Of a DNA stretch of 64,000 nt, positions 61,401 to 64,000 are shown piece after piece. The first letter of the stretch is position 1. Each line of letters begins with the position of its first letter. The notes under the pieces are model-generated. The model was not told the origin of the DNA and ran no database searches. It worked only from the letters and a program-made list of their open reading frames with translations. Origin of the DNA: Takakia lepidozioides (taxonomy: Eukaryota > Plantae > Bryophyta); the NCBI GenBank assembly GCA_030704615.1, contig CM060733.1:13206001-13270000 (forward strand), written 5' to 3'. The translations under genes were made by a program, and so were the position numbers.

Positions 61401-64000
61401 CCATTGGCTTGCTCCCTTCCAATAAGTCAATTATATGCACAAAGACAAACTTTTCACTTTCCATAAGACTGTCTGTTGTTTGGTGCAACTCCCTCCCTCA
61501 TGACCGTGTTGTCTGGGTTTCCAGGCCAGTGACAGGCCTGCTGGTGCTTTGGTTCCTGATGCTATTGGGTCGCTAGCTGGTCGTCTGAGTTTGCTGTCAC
61601 AGGTTTTTCTTACCGCCGGTCCCAAGACATCTGCGGCTTTTGGAGGGGTGCTGGTGTTCTGGGATATCTGCCTCTTTTACTGTTTTGATGGGTCACATCC
61701 AAATTTGGGCTTTTCTAACTTTTGAGAGACAGGGACGTTCTCTCTGCATGCATAAGGTATCACTTGTTTCCTATCCTCACTTATACTAGGCCAACCGATG
61801 TGGCAGTGTGGTACCTTCGTTTCAAGAACTTGAGAATCTCCTATTGGGAATGATCGACTATACTGTAACTCAGGGTGGGGGCATTCTGAGGGCCGATCAG
61901 GAGCTACGGGAGCCATCAATGCGTATGCTGCCCCACACAAGGCTTGAGGATGAGATAGTAGAAGTAGCCAAAAGTGTCATCAGGCAGGTGCTCTCTCTCT
62001 CTCTCTCTCTCTTCAAACCCTAAACTTCAAACTCTTTAAACTTGTGAGGCGAAACAGGGGCTGTGTGGATCATATCTTCACTCTAAGCCAGATTATCCAG
62101 GGAAGGAAAAAAGAAGGGAAACCCACTTATGTCTTTTTGATGTACTCTCTCCCCTCTGCTCTTCAATGTTTTCATCAATCAACTCCTCGAGGATGTGGAA
62201 AGTGAGGGATTTGGGTTAAGGGTGGGTGATACCACCATACCAGCCCTTATGTTTGCGGATGACTTCGCAGGCATAGGGGAGACTCCAACCAATCTCCAGG
62301 AGTTGATTGATTGCGCGAAGAGATACTTTGATCTTTGGGGGCTAGAGGCTAATGTCAGCAAATGTGCAGTGGTAGCATTCAACGACAGAGGAGAGGGAGG
62401 AAGTGATCTTAAGTGGCAGTGGGGTAGCCAAGAGATCCCGGTCCTCCCTTCCTACACTTACCTGGGCGTTGAGTTTTCCTCCAATTGTAATTGGGATGCA
62501 AATATCCGGAAAGTTGTTCAAACTGGCAAGGGCAAAGCTCTGGGGCTCACTAAATTTTTCCACTGCAGAGGGGTCAACTCTGAGGTTAAGAAAACCATGC
62601 TTTGTCGCATTATTAGACCTGCCTTGGAGTACGGATCTGCTATATGGGTTGATAACTCCAACCAGGCTAAGTCTCTAGAATCCATTCAAGTGCGGGACAA
62701 AAGCCAACGGGCACTACCTTTGTGAGGGGCTCACTCCAGTAGTGGGACTTACCATGATATAGACAATTTGATGAAGAATGTACTCACAAGACGTTGTTTG
62801 CTGTAGCCTACAATTTGATGAAGAGAGAGATTGTACTCATAAGACGTTGTTTGCCGTAGCCTTGTGGCCATTGACCCCGCGCCCAGTTTGAGCGGGAACA
62901 AAAGGGACAGAACCTACCTCTGTCAGGGGCTGACGTTGGTAGTAAGACTTACCTCCATATATAGAATTAATCCGGGTTTTCCAGATATCCTCTAGAAATC
63001 CCTTCACACAAGCATCAATCTGCTGTGTGTGATTTGCCCAAAAACTAGGCCTCAGGAGGGCCTGGGCTTTTGGCTCAGCCTCGAGACTTTCAAAGTTGGT
63101 AAACAGGGGTACAGGCACAATACCCTTAATAGATTTGAAGAGAGCGTCTCTTTGGTGAGAGAACCCCGGACAGTGTATCAGAAAATGAATACTGTCTTCA
63201 GATTGCCCACACAACAGGCAATTGCACTCTCCCTTTCCTCTCTGCTTCTGTTTGCTGTTCAAAGGTAGGCTTCCTGCCCTGAGTTTAAATTTCAGTCTAG
63301 TGCCGAGAGTGGGTAGACCCTTGAGGTCATCCAAGATGTCGTCCCCCATGTCACAGACTGGAAACAAGTTCAGGGAAGTTTTCTGCCTAACTTCATTTTC
63401 ATCAGACAATCTCATGGCAACAGACATGGCTGAGGACACTACAGCCTCTAAGTCAGATTTATCCAGCAGGGTCAAGACTTGCGGATCCAGGTCCAGGTCC
63501 TTGAGGATCTCTTCTACTCTCTTCTGCCAGGACTTGGCCTGTTTGACAGGGCGGTCCTGTTTCCAAGATATAGAGTCGATTAACTTAGGATATCTGGTGT
63601 TGGACATATGTTGCAGCTGACCCCACCATCTGACCTTGAATTCATCTCGTCGGGAGCTTAAGGACGGAATGCCAAACTCACCCCGAACAGCCACATTGGC
63701 TGTTTTGGAGCATGCTGACATACACTCCTTAAGCACACTGGGTGCGGGGTCTCTGGCCACAAGGCTACGGAAAACAACATCTTAGGAGTACATTCTCTCT
63801 GAGCTTCCCACGGACGTTGTAAAGTACCATTTCATTTCATTTCATCTCTCCATCTCCCTCTCTCTTTCTCTCTGACCACAGACAAGTACATGAGGCACTG
63901 GCGGGACTAGCTGTCAAACAGTGGGGAAAGTGGAATACGCATTTGCTGAAGGTTGCTCTGAATGAAAGGCCACGTCAGAAGCATATTCCTCAGTCTGAGC
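52455..64000 (+). CDS. Axonemal (inner-arm type, DNAH3/7/12-like) dynein heavy chain, N-terminal exons; continues beyond the window
   Basis: Phase-consistent exons ~56981-57398, 57939-58258, 58712-58870, 59865-60044, 61807-61987. They encode YQFYLDHGVEERFITPLREAWL...YLASMRKAIVDYILR|DERERERLGL, FYEAMSILMANQIRKLVEES and PSFQELENLLLGMID. The start (ATG 52455, MADFWTHKIQF) and upstream exons at 52.4-56.5 kb are tentative. Confidence 0.72.
59040..59545 (+). mobile_element. 3' end of a second LINE family (B) with (ATTTC)n tail, plus a second tail fragment
   Basis: One frame reads RWENLQWEDRLCPARTGRNQEIETEEHFFFYCPLYYENR...YEDQKCLAAYL (LINE ORF2 C-terminal Cys/His region). Then ...GCGAACGTTATAAAGTACCATTTCATTTCATTTCATTTC. 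The same tail occurs at 8930, 9088, 22150, 43095-43203 and 63800. Confidence 0.85.
62049..63800. mobile_element. LINE family A copy in a dynein intron, with its 3' half inverted and extra tail fragments
   Basis: Plus 62049-62692 matches 44544-45368 (with a 180-bp deletion). Minus 62830-63737 matches 45370 to the 3' end (open ORF to ...KATANNVL*). A 32-bp tail insertion at 62778-62809 and a plus-strand tail at 63748-63800. Preceded by (CT)n directly after the splice donor at 61988. Confidence 0.92.

Noticed and set aside
62049-63745. Twin-priming 5' inversion of the LINE
   Set aside because: Segment order (5' part, flank, then inverted 3' part with the tail inside) does not fit twin priming. 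It fits a later inversion.

Overview
Eukaryotic, intron-rich land-plant genomic DNA. An axonemal dynein heavy chain gene points to a lineage with flagellated sperm (bryophyte, lycophyte or fern; inference). Host genes: an intact 15-exon cytosolic alpha-glucan phosphorylase (PHS2/Pho2, minus, 7844-19089, 857 aa), an intronless but frameshifted and internally deleted strumpellin (WASHC5, minus), and the 5' part of an inner-arm-type dynein heavy chain (plus, runs off the window). The rest is rearranged gene fragments and transposons. Gene fragments: a scrambled inverted duplication of 4.1-11.7 kb at 40-47 kb, SAP/C3H62-like, OSB/PDF-motif and PPR-DYW pseudogenes, and a three-copy orphan 'SHK-repeat' ORF. 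Transposons: a Ty3/gypsy element with a PHD-finger integrase, hAT, CACTA, piggyBac-like, a Pack-MULE-like element and a tRNA-derived SINE. The most striking signal is two non-LTR (RTE-X-like) retrotransposon families ending in (TC)n or (ATTTC)n instead of poly(A). They leave 30-400 bp 3'-end micro-insertions with ~15-bp TSDs and lie in sense orientation in introns. The (TC)n family re-inserts into its own TSDs and appears to have hit the same paralogous site twice independently. Fragments of both sit at most rearrangement breakpoints. All family assignments come from motif recognition by eye; no database searches were run.
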